From an uncultured Bacilli bacterium (GTDB taxonomy: Bacteria > Bacillota_I > Bacilli_A > RFN20 > CAG-826): a DNA stretch of 33,700 bases. The stretch's first letter is position 1; every line of letters begins with the position of its first letter. The position numbers and the translations under genes were made by a program. The notes under the pieces were generated by a model. That model did not search any database and had not been told where the DNA came from. It saw nothing but the letters and a program-made list of their open reading frames with translations. Shown piece after piece: positions 1-8,304 of the stretch. The stretch spans positions 1 to 33,700 of the forward strand of contig CALVMY010000062.1 of the NCBI GenBank assembly GCA_944349405.1, written 5' to 3'.

Positions 1-849
1 CAAAACGCAATTATACAATCTAAATATTTAATTTATTATCTTGATTATTTAGAATTAAAAAATCCAAAAAATGAAAAAGAAATCGATGTTTCGTCTATAA
101 AACCTCCTTTCGTAATCGAATTTAAAGATGTTTATTTTAAATATCCAAACAATGATATTTATGCTTTAAATGGTGTTACATTTGAATTAGGCAAATATAA
201 TAGAACAGCTATTGTTGGAAAAAATGGAGCGGGTAAATCAACAATTATTAAATTAATTGCTCGATTTTATAAACCAGAAAAAGGTGAAATCTTAATAAAC
301 GGAGTTAATATTAATGATTTTAATTTTAAGGATTATCAAAAATTATTCTCGATTGTTTTCCAAGATTTTTCTCTTTTTGCTTTACCTATTAAAGAAAATG
401 TCGCTTCTTCTAATTCTATAGATGAAGATAAAATAAAAAGCATTTTAAAAGATGTGAATTTTGATTATGAAAAACTTAATGAAGGAATTGACACATATTT
501 ATATAAATATATTGAAGAAGGAGTTGAAGTAAGTGGTGGTGAAGCTCAAAAAATTGCTATTGCTCGTGCTTTATATAAAAATTCTCCTTTAGTTTTGTTG
601 GACGAACCAACTTCAGCTTTAGATCCAATTAGTGAGTCTGAAATTTATTCGTTGTTTGATAAATTAGTTATAAATAGAAAAGCTATATATATTTCTCATC
701 GAATGTCTTCGACTAAATTTTGCGATAACATCATTGTTTTAGATAAAGGAAAGATAGTTGAGGAAGGAAATCACGAAAATTTGATGAATATAAAAGATGG
801 ACTTTACAAAACACTATTTATTTCGCAAGCAAAATATTATAAAGAATAA
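1..849 (+). CDS. ABC transporter ATP-binding/permease protein, C-terminal NBD (5'-truncated by window edge)
   Basis: Frame 1 translated from base 1 (QNAIIQSKYL...IEFKDVYFKYP...GKNGAGKST, Walker A) is the same frame as the 454..849 ORF, which has the VSGGEAQ signature, LLDEPTSALD Walker B/D-loop and ISHR H-loop. The true start lies upstream of the window. Confidence 0.9.
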   Translation, partial: QNAIIQSKYLIYYLDYLELKNPKNEKEIDVSSIKPPFVIEFKDVYFKYPNNDIYALNGVTFELGKYNRTAIVGKNGAGKSTIIKLIARFYKPEKGEILINGVNINDFNFKDYQKLFSIVFQDFSLFALPIKENVASSNSIDEDKIKSILKDVNFDYEKLNEGIDTYLYKYIEEGVEVSGGEAQKIAIARALYKNSPLVLLDEPTSALDPISESEIYSLFDKLVINRKAIYISHRMSSTKFCDNIIVLDKGKIVEEGNHENLMNIKDGLYKTLFISQAKYYKE

Positions 850-1021
850 TTAATGATATAAATCACATATTTTAATTATCACGTGGAAAATATAGTATTT
901 ATTTTTTTATAAAAATATTTGTTTTCTCTTTTTATTATCTTTGTAAAAGACTGTTTTTATTTTTAACTAAAAGACAATTCATTTATAATTATAAATGAAT
1001 TTATTAGGAGATTATTAATTT

Positions 1022-2056
1022 ATGGGATTCAAAAAAGAAGAAAAAAAGATAGAAGTTCTCATTCCGCCTGAGGAATTAGAAAAAGGCGAAGAAGAAAAAG
1101 TTGAAGAAAATGAAGATAGTGAAGTTGAAGAAGTTGAAGAATTGAACGTCGAAGATAGCGAAAGAGAACTTTCAAAAAAAGTAGACGAAAAAAGAGAAGA
1201 ATTTAATAAATTCGCAAAAAAACAAAAGATTTATAACTATATTGCAACTGGTATTTTACTTGTTGTTTTAATTGTTGCTTTTGTTATTGCTTTAACTGTT
1301 GGTAATCAAGAAGGACAAAGTTGGGTTACCTTACTTGTTTTAGGTATTGCTGTAGTTTTACTTGTTGCTTCATTTGTTTTTACTCGTCTTCAAAGAAAGA
1401 AAATGGATAAAATTGGAAACGAATATGTTCAATTTGTTTTAACCGAAACAAATAAAGAAATTTATAGAGGAGAAAGATTTACTGATTTAAATTTTGCTTT
1501 ATCAAACGATGAAAAAGAATCATTTAATGAATCAAGAATTTTCTTAAATATCAAATCATTTAAAGCAATTAATGTTACAACAGGAAAAGTTAATGGGAAT
1601 CCATTCAAAGTTTTTGATTGTGCTGCATCAGTATTAATTAAAAATAGACCACAACCTCATTTTTTAGGTAGAATGTTTGTTTTTGATTTAAAAGATGTTG
1701 ACCCTTCTTTAAGAGCAATTTTCCAAATTAAAGGTGGAGAATATTCTTATCCGGTTGATGATATTGAAGATTTACAATTAATTGAAGGAAATAACAAATA
1801 TAGTTTTTACATAAGCGATGAAAAAGTAAAAACTATTTTTGATGGAAAAGTATTAGGTTTAATTAAAAAATTCAAAGTTGATAAAAACATTATTGATGTT
1901 ATCGTTTCACTTAATAATTCAAAATTATTTATTGGAATTGATTATGCTGATGAATTTATCAATGTTCCAACAAAAGAAAGTATTAATTTAAAAAATATTT
2001 CTAAATCTAAACTTGATTTAGAAAAAGTTATTGCAATTAGAGAAGCTATCAAATAA
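1022..2056 (+). CDS. Hypothetical membrane protein (acidic N-terminus, two TM helices, soluble C-terminal domain; possibly DUF3137-like)
   Basis: 344-aa ORF, SD AGGAG at 1006-1010, TATAAT at 984-989, two hydrophobic helices around aa 70-120. The family guess is from architecture only. Confidence 0.75.
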   Translation: MGFKKEEKKIEVLIPPEELEKGEEEKVEENEDSEVEEVEELNVEDSERELSKKVDEKREEFNKFAKKQKIYNYIATGILLVVLIVAFVIALTVGNQEGQSWVTLLVLGIAVVLLVASFVFTRLQRKKMDKIGNEYVQFVLTETNKEIYRGERFTDLNFALSNDEKESFNESRIFLNIKSFKAINVTTGKVNGNPFKVFDCAASVLIKNRPQPHFLGRMFVFDLKDVDPSLRAIFQIKGGEYSYPVDDIEDLQLIEGNNKYSFYISDEKVKTIFDGKVLGLIKKFKVDKNIIDVIVSLNNSKLFIGIDYADEFINVPTKESINLKNISKSKLDLEKVIAIREAIK

Positions 2057-2109
2057 CTTTTCATATTTTTATTTAACTTTTCTATTTAAAAAGAAAGGAG
2101 GGTAAAAAT

Positions 2110-2640
2110 ATGGAGAACTTAGAAAAGAAATGGATTGAAGTTCAAGGATATAAACACGATGGACGAATGCATCGCATATGGGATCGTGTTTATGTTGTTG
2201 AAGAAAAAGAAAATTATATAGTGGTTTGTTCAACTAAAACAAAAGTAGTCGAGCATAATTTTAGAGTTTGGTATACAAAAGAATCAGCTGTTATGATCTT
2301 TTTTAAAGATATATGGATGAATGTAATTGCAATGTTTAAAAAAACAGGCATTACCTATTATGTAAATTTAGCTTCACCATATATTAAAGATAAAGGCTAC
2401 ATAAAATATATTGACTATGATTTGGATATGAAGTTATATCCAAATCAAAATATAAGAATTATCGATGTTAAAGAATATGCTTACCATCGAGAAAAATATC
2501 AATATGGGGAAGATATTGATACGATTTTAAAATTCAACATCAACAAAGTTAAAAACATGATGAAAAATCGAGATTTCCCTTTCATTGATGAAAAAATTAC
2601 TGAATTTTATGAAAAATATAAACAAGAAGAAGGTGAATAA
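2110..2640 (+). CDS. DUF402 family nucleoside tri/diphosphate phosphatase (YgaC/Ntdp-like)
   Basis: Motifs YKHDGxxHRxW, YYxNLASP and YIDYDLD typical of YgaC/DUF402; strong SD AAGGAGG upstream. Confidence 0.85.
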   Translation: MENLEKKWIEVQGYKHDGRMHRIWDRVYVVEEKENYIVVCSTKTKVVEHNFRVWYTKESAVMIFFKDIWMNVIAMFKKTGITYYVNLASPYIKDKGYIKYIDYDLDMKLYPNQNIRIIDVKEYAYHREKYQYGEDIDTILKFNINKVKNMMKNRDFPFIDEKITEFYEKYKQEEGE

Positions 2641-2646
2641 TTGATT

Positions 2647-3126
2647 ATGGAAATAAAACTTATTTCTAAAAAGAAAGAAAATACTTTGGCATTAGGTAAA
2701 ATAATTGCTTCATTTGCTTTTAAAGGTGAAGTAATTATTTTAAGTGGAGATTTAGGAGCTGGCAAAACTACCTTAACAAAAGGTATTGGAAAAGAATTAG
2801 GAGTAAAAGAAGAGATAAATTCACCTACTTTTAATATTTTAAAATGTTATTTTTCAAGCAGGCTTCCTTTATATCATATCGATGCTTATCGTTTAGAAGA
2901 TATTCCACGTGAAAATAAAAATATTGGTTTAGAAGAAGTTATTGAAGGAGATGGAGTCGCTATTATTGAATGGCCTAAATTTATTGAAGAATTTATTAAT
3001 TACGACGATGTTTTAGATATTGTTATTAAAATAAATGAAAATAATGAAAGAGAATTCACAATTTATAGTAAAAATGGAAAATTTTTAGATTTGTTTAACA
3101 AACTTAAAAAGGAGTATAAGTTATGA
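2647..3126 (+). CDS. tsaE: tRNA threonylcarbamoyladenosine biosynthesis ATPase TsaE
   Basis: GDLGAGKTT P-loop, SPTF, HIDAYRL and IIEW motifs. ATG at 2647 preferred over TTG at 2641. The TGA stop overlaps the tsaB ATG (ATGA). Confidence 0.95.
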   Translation: MEIKLISKKKENTLALGKIIASFAFKGEVIILSGDLGAGKTTLTKGIGKELGVKEEINSPTFNILKCYFSSRLPLYHIDAYRLEDIPRENKNIGLEEVIEGDGVAIIEWPKFIEEFINYDDVLDIVIKINENNEREFTIYSKNGKFLDLFNKLKKEYKL

Positions 3127-3707
3127 TTACTTTACTTTTAGATTCTTCAAATACACTTTTAGTAGTTGGTCTTGCTAAAGACGATAAGATAATCGATGAG
3201 ATTATTTATGAAGCATGGCAAAAGCAAAGTGAATTTATGATTTTGGAAATAGAGAAAATATTGAAAAGAAACGAAATAAATCCTAAAGAAGTTGGGGAGA
3301 TAATTGTTTCAAAAGGACCAGGCTCTTATACTGGGGTAAGAATTGCTTTAACAATAGCCAAAATTTATGGCTATGCATTAAATATTCCTGTTTTTGCTGT
3401 TTCTTCTTTGCAAATGCTTGAAAAAAGAGATGAAATTTCAATTTGTCTAATGAACGCAAGGAGTCAAAGATCTTATTTTGGTGTGTATAAAAACGATGAA
3501 GTAATTGTAGAAGATAAAGTTCTTACTAACGAAGAAGTAAAAAAATATATTTTGGACCACCCGGATTATAAAGTGATGGGTGAAGTTTCATATTTATCGT
3601 TAAATGAAGAAAAATCAGATATTTTAAATAATATGTTAAGATTAAAAAGTGGAAAAACTAAAGTAGAAAATATCTTAACTTTGAAAGCTATTTATTTAAA
3701 GGATTAA
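3123..3707 (+). CDS. tsaB: tRNA threonylcarbamoyladenosine biosynthesis protein TsaB
   Basis: LLLDSS N-terminus, GPGSYTGVRI motif, position between tsaE and rimI/tsaD. Confidence 0.95.
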   Translation: MITLLLDSSNTLLVVGLAKDDKIIDEIIYEAWQKQSEFMILEIEKILKRNEINPKEVGEIIVSKGPGSYTGVRIALTIAKIYGYALNIPVFAVSSLQMLEKRDEISICLMNARSQRSYFGVYKNDEVIVEDKVLTNEEVKKYILDHPDYKVMGEVSYLSLNEEKSDILNNMLRLKSGKTKVENILTLKAIYLKD

Positions 3708-3709
3708 AA

Positions 3710-4150
3710 ATGAATATTATAAAAGCAAGCAAAGATAATTTTGATGCAATTTATGAAATTGAAAAAACATCAACTTATGAAAAAATGAGCGAAGAAGAAC
3801 TCAAATACGAATTAAATGAAAATCCTGTCGCTTTTTTCTTTTTGCTTGTAAATAATAATGACGAAATTATCGCATACATTGATTTTTGGATAACTTTTGA
3901 CTCATCAACAATTTTTAAAATCGTTACAAAAGAGAACGAAAGAAATAAAGGCTATGCCAAAAAATTGCTTACTTATGTTATTGAATTTTTAAAAACAAAG
4001 GATGTGCTTTATTTAACTCTTGAGGTAAGAAAATCGAATATTTATGCGATAAAATTGTATGAATCTTTAGAATTTGAAAAAATTGTCGAAAAACCAAAAT
4101 ATTATAAAGATGGTGAGGACGCAATTTATATGGTAAGAGGTATTAATTAG
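3710..4150 (+). CDS. rimI: Ribosomal-protein-alanine N-acetyltransferase RimI (GNAT)
   Basis: RNKGYA, LTLEVRKSN, LYE and YYKDGEDA motifs; tsaB-rimI-tsaD synteny. Confidence 0.9.
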   Translation: MNIIKASKDNFDAIYEIEKTSTYEKMSEEELKYELNENPVAFFFLLVNNNDEIIAYIDFWITFDSSTIFKIVTKENERNKGYAKKLLTYVIEFLKTKDVLYLTLEVRKSNIYAIKLYESLEFEKIVEKPKYYKDGEDAIYMVRGIN

Positions 4151-4152
4151 TT

Positions 4153-5166
4153 ATGGATAGAATCATTTTAGCTATTGAATCAAGTTGTGATGAAACAGCT
4201 GTAGCAATATTAAAAAATGGTGAATTAAAAGCCAACGTCATTTCTTCTCAAATAGAAGTTCACCAAAAATACGGCGGAGTTATGCCTGAAATTGCTTCAA
4301 GACTCCATTTAGAAAATATTGGAGCGGTTTTAGATGAAGCTTTGAAAAAAAGCGATGTTAAATTGGAAGAGGTTAGTGCGATTGCTTTTACTAGGGGCCC
4401 TGGATTAATTGGAGCTTTACATGTAGGTCTTCAAGCGGCCAAAACCTTATCATTAATTTATGATATTCCTTTAATTCCAGTTCATCATTTAGCAGGACAC
4501 ATTTATGCTAACGAATTTATAGAAAAATTATCATTTCCTTTATTGGCAGTTGTAGTTAGTGGCGGAAATACTGAACTCGTTTATATGAAAGATCATTTAA
4601 ATTTCGAAATTATTGGCGAGACTAAAGATGATGCAATTGGTGAGAGTTATGATAAGGTTGCGCGAGTATTAGGGCTTCCATATCCTGGAGGTGTCGCAAT
4701 TGATAAATTAGCAAAAGAAGGGAAACATACTTATAAATTGCCAACTCCACTCCATGATAATTCATTAGATTTTTCATATTCAGGATTAAAAACCGCAGTT
4801 ATTAATCTTATTCATAAAGAGGAACAAAATGGGAATGAAATTAGAGTTGCAGATATGGCAAAATCTTTCCAAGATATTGCCGTTAATGAAGTTTTAACTA
4901 GAGTTAAAAGAGCGGCTGAAAGATATAAAATAAAAGAAATTGTCTTGGCTGGTGGAGTTAGCGCAAATTCTTATTTAAGAAGTGAGATAACAAAAGAGTT
5001 TGAAAATAGTGATATTAAAGTAATTATTCCTCCATTATGGTGCACAACTGATAATGCGGCAATGATTGCAATGGTTGGAAATTATTTATATGATCGAAAA
5101 ATATTCGCTCCACTTTCAATCGGAGTTGATCCTTCCTGGAAAATTGAAGATTTCGATAAGTTTTAA
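4153..5166 (+). CDS. tsaD: tRNA N6-adenosine threonylcarbamoyltransferase TsaD
   Basis: AIESSCDET, GGVMPEIASRLH, HHLAGH metal motif, VSGG, GGVSAN, TDNAAMIA. Confidence 0.97.
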   Translation: MDRIILAIESSCDETAVAILKNGELKANVISSQIEVHQKYGGVMPEIASRLHLENIGAVLDEALKKSDVKLEEVSAIAFTRGPGLIGALHVGLQAAKTLSLIYDIPLIPVHHLAGHIYANEFIEKLSFPLLAVVVSGGNTELVYMKDHLNFEIIGETKDDAIGESYDKVARVLGLPYPGGVAIDKLAKEGKHTYKLPTPLHDNSLDFSYSGLKTAVINLIHKEEQNGNEIRVADMAKSFQDIAVNEVLTRVKRAAERYKIKEIVLAGGVSANSYLRSEITKEFENSDIKVIIPPLWCTTDNAAMIAMVGNYLYDRKIFAPLSIGVDPSWKIEDFDKF

Positions 5167-5177
5167 AAATATTTGTG

Positions 5178-5186
5178 TGGTATAAT
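5178..5186 (+). promoter_or_regulatory. Extended -10 promoter (TGGTATAAT) for asnS
   Basis: TGnTATAAT between the tsaD stop and the asnS SD. Confidence 0.6.
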
Positions 5187-5218
5187 TATTAAGATTTTAG
5201 GAGATTAAATGTAATATT

Positions 5219-6598
5219 ATGGAAAGAACGATGAGTGTCTGTCATGAGTTATTCGTTAAATTATCAAAAAACGAACTTCACGATGGTGATAAAGTATTTT
5301 TAGAAGGCTGGATAAGAGGCAATAGAGATAATGGTTCTATTGGTTTTATTGAATTTAATGATGGAACTTGTTTTAAAAATGTTCAATTAGTTTATACAAA
5401 TGAAACAAAAGCGTATGAAGAAATTTCTCATTATAAATATGCAGCTTCAATTGCAGTTAAAGGGACAATAAAATTAACTCCTGAAAATAAACAACCTTTT
5501 GAAGTTTTAATTGAAGAGGCTTCACTTTTAGGAGATGTGAGCGATGATTATCCTCTTCAAAAAAAGAGACATTCTTTTGAATTTTTAAGAGATATTGCTT
5601 ATTTAAGACCTAGAGCTAATACTTTCAATGCTCTTTTTAGGGTCAGAAATAAACTTGCTTTTGCAATACATAGTTTTTTCCAAGAAAGAGGATTTATGTA
5701 TGTTCACACTCCAATTATTACAGGAAATGACGCGGAAGGTGCCGGACAATGTTTTAAAGTTGTTGAAGATTTAAAAAAACCTGAAGAATTTTTTAATGCT
5801 AATGCTTGTTTAACTGTTTCAGGGCAATTACACGTTGAGCCTTTTGCTTTAGCATTTAGAGATGTCTATACTTTTGGACCAACTTTTAGAGCTGAACATT
5901 CAAATACTTCAAGACACGCCTCTGAATTTTGGATGATTGAACCTGAAATTGCTTTTGCTGATTTAGAAGATGATATGAACTTAATGGAAGATTTTCTTAA
6001 ATATATTATTAGTTATGTTTTAAAAAATTGTCCCGATGAAATGAACTTTTTCAATACAATGATTGAAAAAGGAGTTATTGATAAAATGAATCATATTTTA
6101 AATTCATCTTTTAAAAGAATGACTTATACTGAAGCAATTGAAATCTTAAAAAAAGCAGTTGATGAAGGTGTAAAATTTGAATACAAAGATATTTATTGGG
6201 GGATGGATTTACAAAGTGAACACGAAAGATATATCACTGAAAAAATTGTAAATGGCCCTGTTTTCTTAATCGATTATCCTAAAGAAATCAAAGCTTTTTA
6301 TATGAAATTAAATAAAGATGGAAAAACAGTAGCTGCTTGTGATTTATTAGTTCCAGGAGTTGGCGAAATTTGTGGCGGCTCACAAAGAGAAGAAAATTAT
6401 GATTTATTAAAAGAAAGAATGGATAAACAAGGAAACAGCGAAGTTCTTGAATGGTATTTAAATTTAAGAAAATATGGTGGATGTATCCATTCAGGATTTG
6501 GTTTAGGATTCGATAGATTATTGATGTATTTAACAGGATTAAGTAATATTAGAGATGTAGAACCTTATCCAAGAACACCAGGGAGCTTAAAATATTAA
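5219..6598 (+). CDS. asnS: Asparagine--tRNA ligase
   Basis: OB-fold N-terminus, LTVSGQLH, FGPTFRAEHSNTSRHASEFWMIEPE (motif 2), GGSQRE, HSGFGLGFDR (motif 3). Confidence 0.97.
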   Translation: MERTMSVCHELFVKLSKNELHDGDKVFLEGWIRGNRDNGSIGFIEFNDGTCFKNVQLVYTNETKAYEEISHYKYAASIAVKGTIKLTPENKQPFEVLIEEASLLGDVSDDYPLQKKRHSFEFLRDIAYLRPRANTFNALFRVRNKLAFAIHSFFQERGFMYVHTPIITGNDAEGAGQCFKVVEDLKKPEEFFNANACLTVSGQLHVEPFALAFRDVYTFGPTFRAEHSNTSRHASEFWMIEPEIAFADLEDDMNLMEDFLKYIISYVLKNCPDEMNFFNTMIEKGVIDKMNHILNSSFKRMTYTEAIEILKKAVDEGVKFEYKDIYWGMDLQSEHERYITEKIVNGPVFLIDYPKEIKAFYMKLNKDGKTVAACDLLVPGVGEICGGSQREENYDLLKERMDKQGNSEVLEWYLNLRKYGGCIHSGFGLGFDRLLMYLTGLSNIRDVEPYPRTPGSLKY

Positions 6599-6601
6599 TT
6601 T

Positions 6602-6829
6602 ATGGCAAGAAAAAAAGAAAAGAAAGAAAACTTTATTGAGGAAAAAGATGAAACTTTAAAACCTAAAGTAAGAACAACTTCAAGAACTGTCGAGATTGAA
6701 ACCATTAAAGAAAAAAAGGCTATCAATTATAAAAAGAATCGCACAATTCTTATTACTTGTTCAATTATTTCATTTCTTTTGGTTGTCTATATAATTTATT
6801 TGGTAGTAATGACATTTATTGGTCAATAA
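6602..6829 (+). CDS. Small hypothetical protein with C-terminal TM helix
   Basis: 75-aa ORF 3 nt after the asnS stop, charged N-terminus, one hydrophobic helix, followed by a terminator. Confidence 0.7.
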   Translation: MARKKEKKENFIEEKDETLKPKVRTTSRTVEIETIKEKKAINYKKNRTILITCSIISFLLVVYIIYLVVMTFIGQ

Positions 6830-6830
6830 T

Positions 6831-6857
6831 ATAAAAGGCTGTAAAAGCCTTTTTATT
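6831..6857. terminator. Intrinsic terminator, probably bidirectional
   Basis: ataaaaggct-gtaaa-agcctttttatt: stem flanked by A- and T-runs. Confidence 0.75.
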
Positions 6858-6942
6858 ATGTTTGCTTTATAAATAATGACAAAATTTCGAGTGTTTTAAA
6901 CTTTTTTATATTATTTTTGAACAAAATCGTAAATTTTCTCAT
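6856..6942 (-). CDS. Possible 28-aa small ORF MRKFTILFKNNIKKFKTLEILSLFIKQT
   Basis: ATG at 6942, weak SD (AAGAAAG) upstream, TAA TAA stop directly before the 6831-6857 hairpin. Could be chance. Confidence 0.25.
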   Translation of the reverse strand: MRKFTILFKNNIKKFKTLEILSLFIKQT

Positions 6943-6949
6943 TTCGTTG

Positions 6950-6998
6950 CTTTCTTGACTTACGTCGACGGGCGGGAGGGGTTATTCCTTCTCCCTTT
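6950..6998 (+). ncRNA. Candidate structured RNA element (GC-rich double hairpin)
   Basis: UUGAC-UUAC-GUCGA and GGGAGGGG-UUAUUC-CUUCUCCC followed by UUU; conspicuous GC island in AT-rich intergenic DNA. No family recognised. Confidence 0.35.
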
Positions 6999-7033
6999 AA
7001 TTATATTATATGTACCTATAGAATATTTCTTTA

Positions 7034-7060
7034 AGAAAAAAGCACCTTTTAAAGATGCTT
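7034..7060 (-). terminator. Intrinsic terminator of the minus-strand membrane-protein operon
   Basis: Minus strand AAGCAUC-UUUAAAA-GGUGCUU-UUUU immediately at the 7059 stop. Confidence 0.7.
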
Positions 7061-7730
7061 ATTTTTCATTTTTATCATCAACGTTTTTAATTGAATTATT
7101 ATAAAAAGTTGATAAATCCATTTTGCCTAAATCCACACTATATATTTCTTTTGAAAGTTTATTGATACGATATTTTCTAGCGACATAGGCTTGAACATCG
7201 ATTAAATAAATTATTCCTCCAATAAAAGTTAGAAGGAAAATAAAATAATTAAAGATTCGCTCATCAGAAAATGGAGCAGGTTCAAGCCAAACTATTTTAT
7301 CCCAATTTATTCCTAAAGGCGGAACATATTCAATCGAAGAGAAATCTAATAAATATAATAATGAACCGATGCCTGTTTCTCTTGATAATAATGAATCAGT
7401 CCATCTTTGAAAAGTAAATCCATAAATTAGATAAAGGATAAGTGCTCCAAGGAGTAAACAAATAGGGAGAGGAGAAGCTTTAAAGAAACGATCCATACTT
7501 TTAATATTTGCGATTTCTTGAAAATCTTTTGGATTATCAATTAATCTTGAAACTACCATTTTTGACATATCTTTGTCGACAGCTTTAGCTTGTTTTTTCA
7601 TAATAAATCTAACTAAAGCGCCAATTAATCCAATAATAACGAAAAGAAAAATGATTATAAAAAATATAACTAGAAGTATTTTCCGCCAATTTCTTGTAAA
7701 AAAGTTATCTAAAATTAAACTTAAAATCAT
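7059..7730 (-). CDS. Hypothetical membrane protein (3 TM)
   Basis: 223-aa ORF with three hydrophobic segments, 3 nt from the upstream gene. Confidence 0.8.
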   Translation of the reverse strand: MILSLILDNFFTRNWRKILLVIFFIIIFLFVIIGLIGALVRFIMKKQAKAVDKDMSKMVVSRLIDNPKDFQEIANIKSMDRFFKASPLPICLLLGALILYLIYGFTFQRWTDSLLSRETGIGSLLYLLDFSSIEYVPPLGINWDKIVWLEPAPFSDERIFNYFIFLLTFIGGIIYLIDVQAYVARKYRINKLSKEIYSVDLGKMDLSTFYNNSIKNVDDKNEK

Positions 7731-7733
7731 ATT

Positions 7734-8291
7734 TTAGTCCTCTCTTTTTAATGAAGACATATCAACTCTCTCTTCTTTAATCGATTCTTTTATTGAATCT
7801 TTTAATTCATCTATATTGTCATCTTCAACTGTATTGTCAAATTGATTTTCAATCAAAAAATCTTCGTCAACATCACTTGATTCAATATATTTAGGCTCTT
7901 TATTATTAGAATCAACCCTCGTCAATTTTTCAAAAAAGTTTGGATCTTCAGAAATCTTTTTCTTTACCTCTTTAGCATCCATATTGGCAATAATGATGTT
8001 ATTAGTAGTGTTATAAGTTATATTTGAAGTTTTAACTTCTTTAACTAAATCAAGATCTTTATCTCCTTCTTTTTTATCTTCTTCATGGTATCGGTTATTA
8101 TCTAAAATAAGTTCCGCTTTTTCTTCTAAAAATTTAACCTTTTTCTTATATTTTTTATTTTTATAAAGAAAAATATAGGTTATATCTTTAAAAAGGAGAT
8201 ATATTCCAAAAAACATTAAATAAATAAGTAAAAATGGGAAGGTGATAAAATATAATAATCCAAGTCCAAATGTCTTAAAAAAATCTTTCAT
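7734..8291 (-). CDS. Hypothetical protein, N-terminal membrane anchor and acidic tail
   Basis: 185-aa ORF, middle gene of a tightly spaced minus-strand operon. Confidence 0.75.
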   Translation of the reverse strand: MKDFFKTFGLGLLYFITFPFLLIYLMFFGIYLLFKDITYIFLYKNKKYKKKVKFLEEKAELILDNNRYHEEDKKEGDKDLDLVKEVKTSNITYNTTNNIIIANMDAKEVKKKISEDPNFFEKLTRVDSNNKEPKYIESSDVDEDFLIENQFDNTVEDDNIDELKDSIKESIKEERVDMSSLKRED

Positions 8292-8304
8292 AACAATAAA
8301 TATT

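Noticed and set aside
944-975. Direct repeat TAAAAGAC twice, 24 nt apart, upstream of the 1022 gene
   Set aside because: An 8-mer in very AT-rich DNA is not distinguishable from chance.
5167-5218. T-box leader for asnS (and for gltX)
   Set aside because: Only 52 nt upstream of asnS and 1 nt upstream of gltX; no T-box consensus present.
6940-7000. Known RNA family (SRP, hammerhead, HDV-like ribozyme, c-di-GMP riboswitch, 6S)
   Set aside because: No SRP GGAA-loop/AGCAG motif, no CUGAUGA core, no nested P1/P3 pseudoknot, no GCAAA...GACGCAAA pattern, and no long closing stem seen by eye.
7000-7030. Possible dif site
   Set aside because: Does not match the Firmicutes XerC/XerD arm arrangement (ACTTCCTAGAA-N6-TTATGTAAACT).
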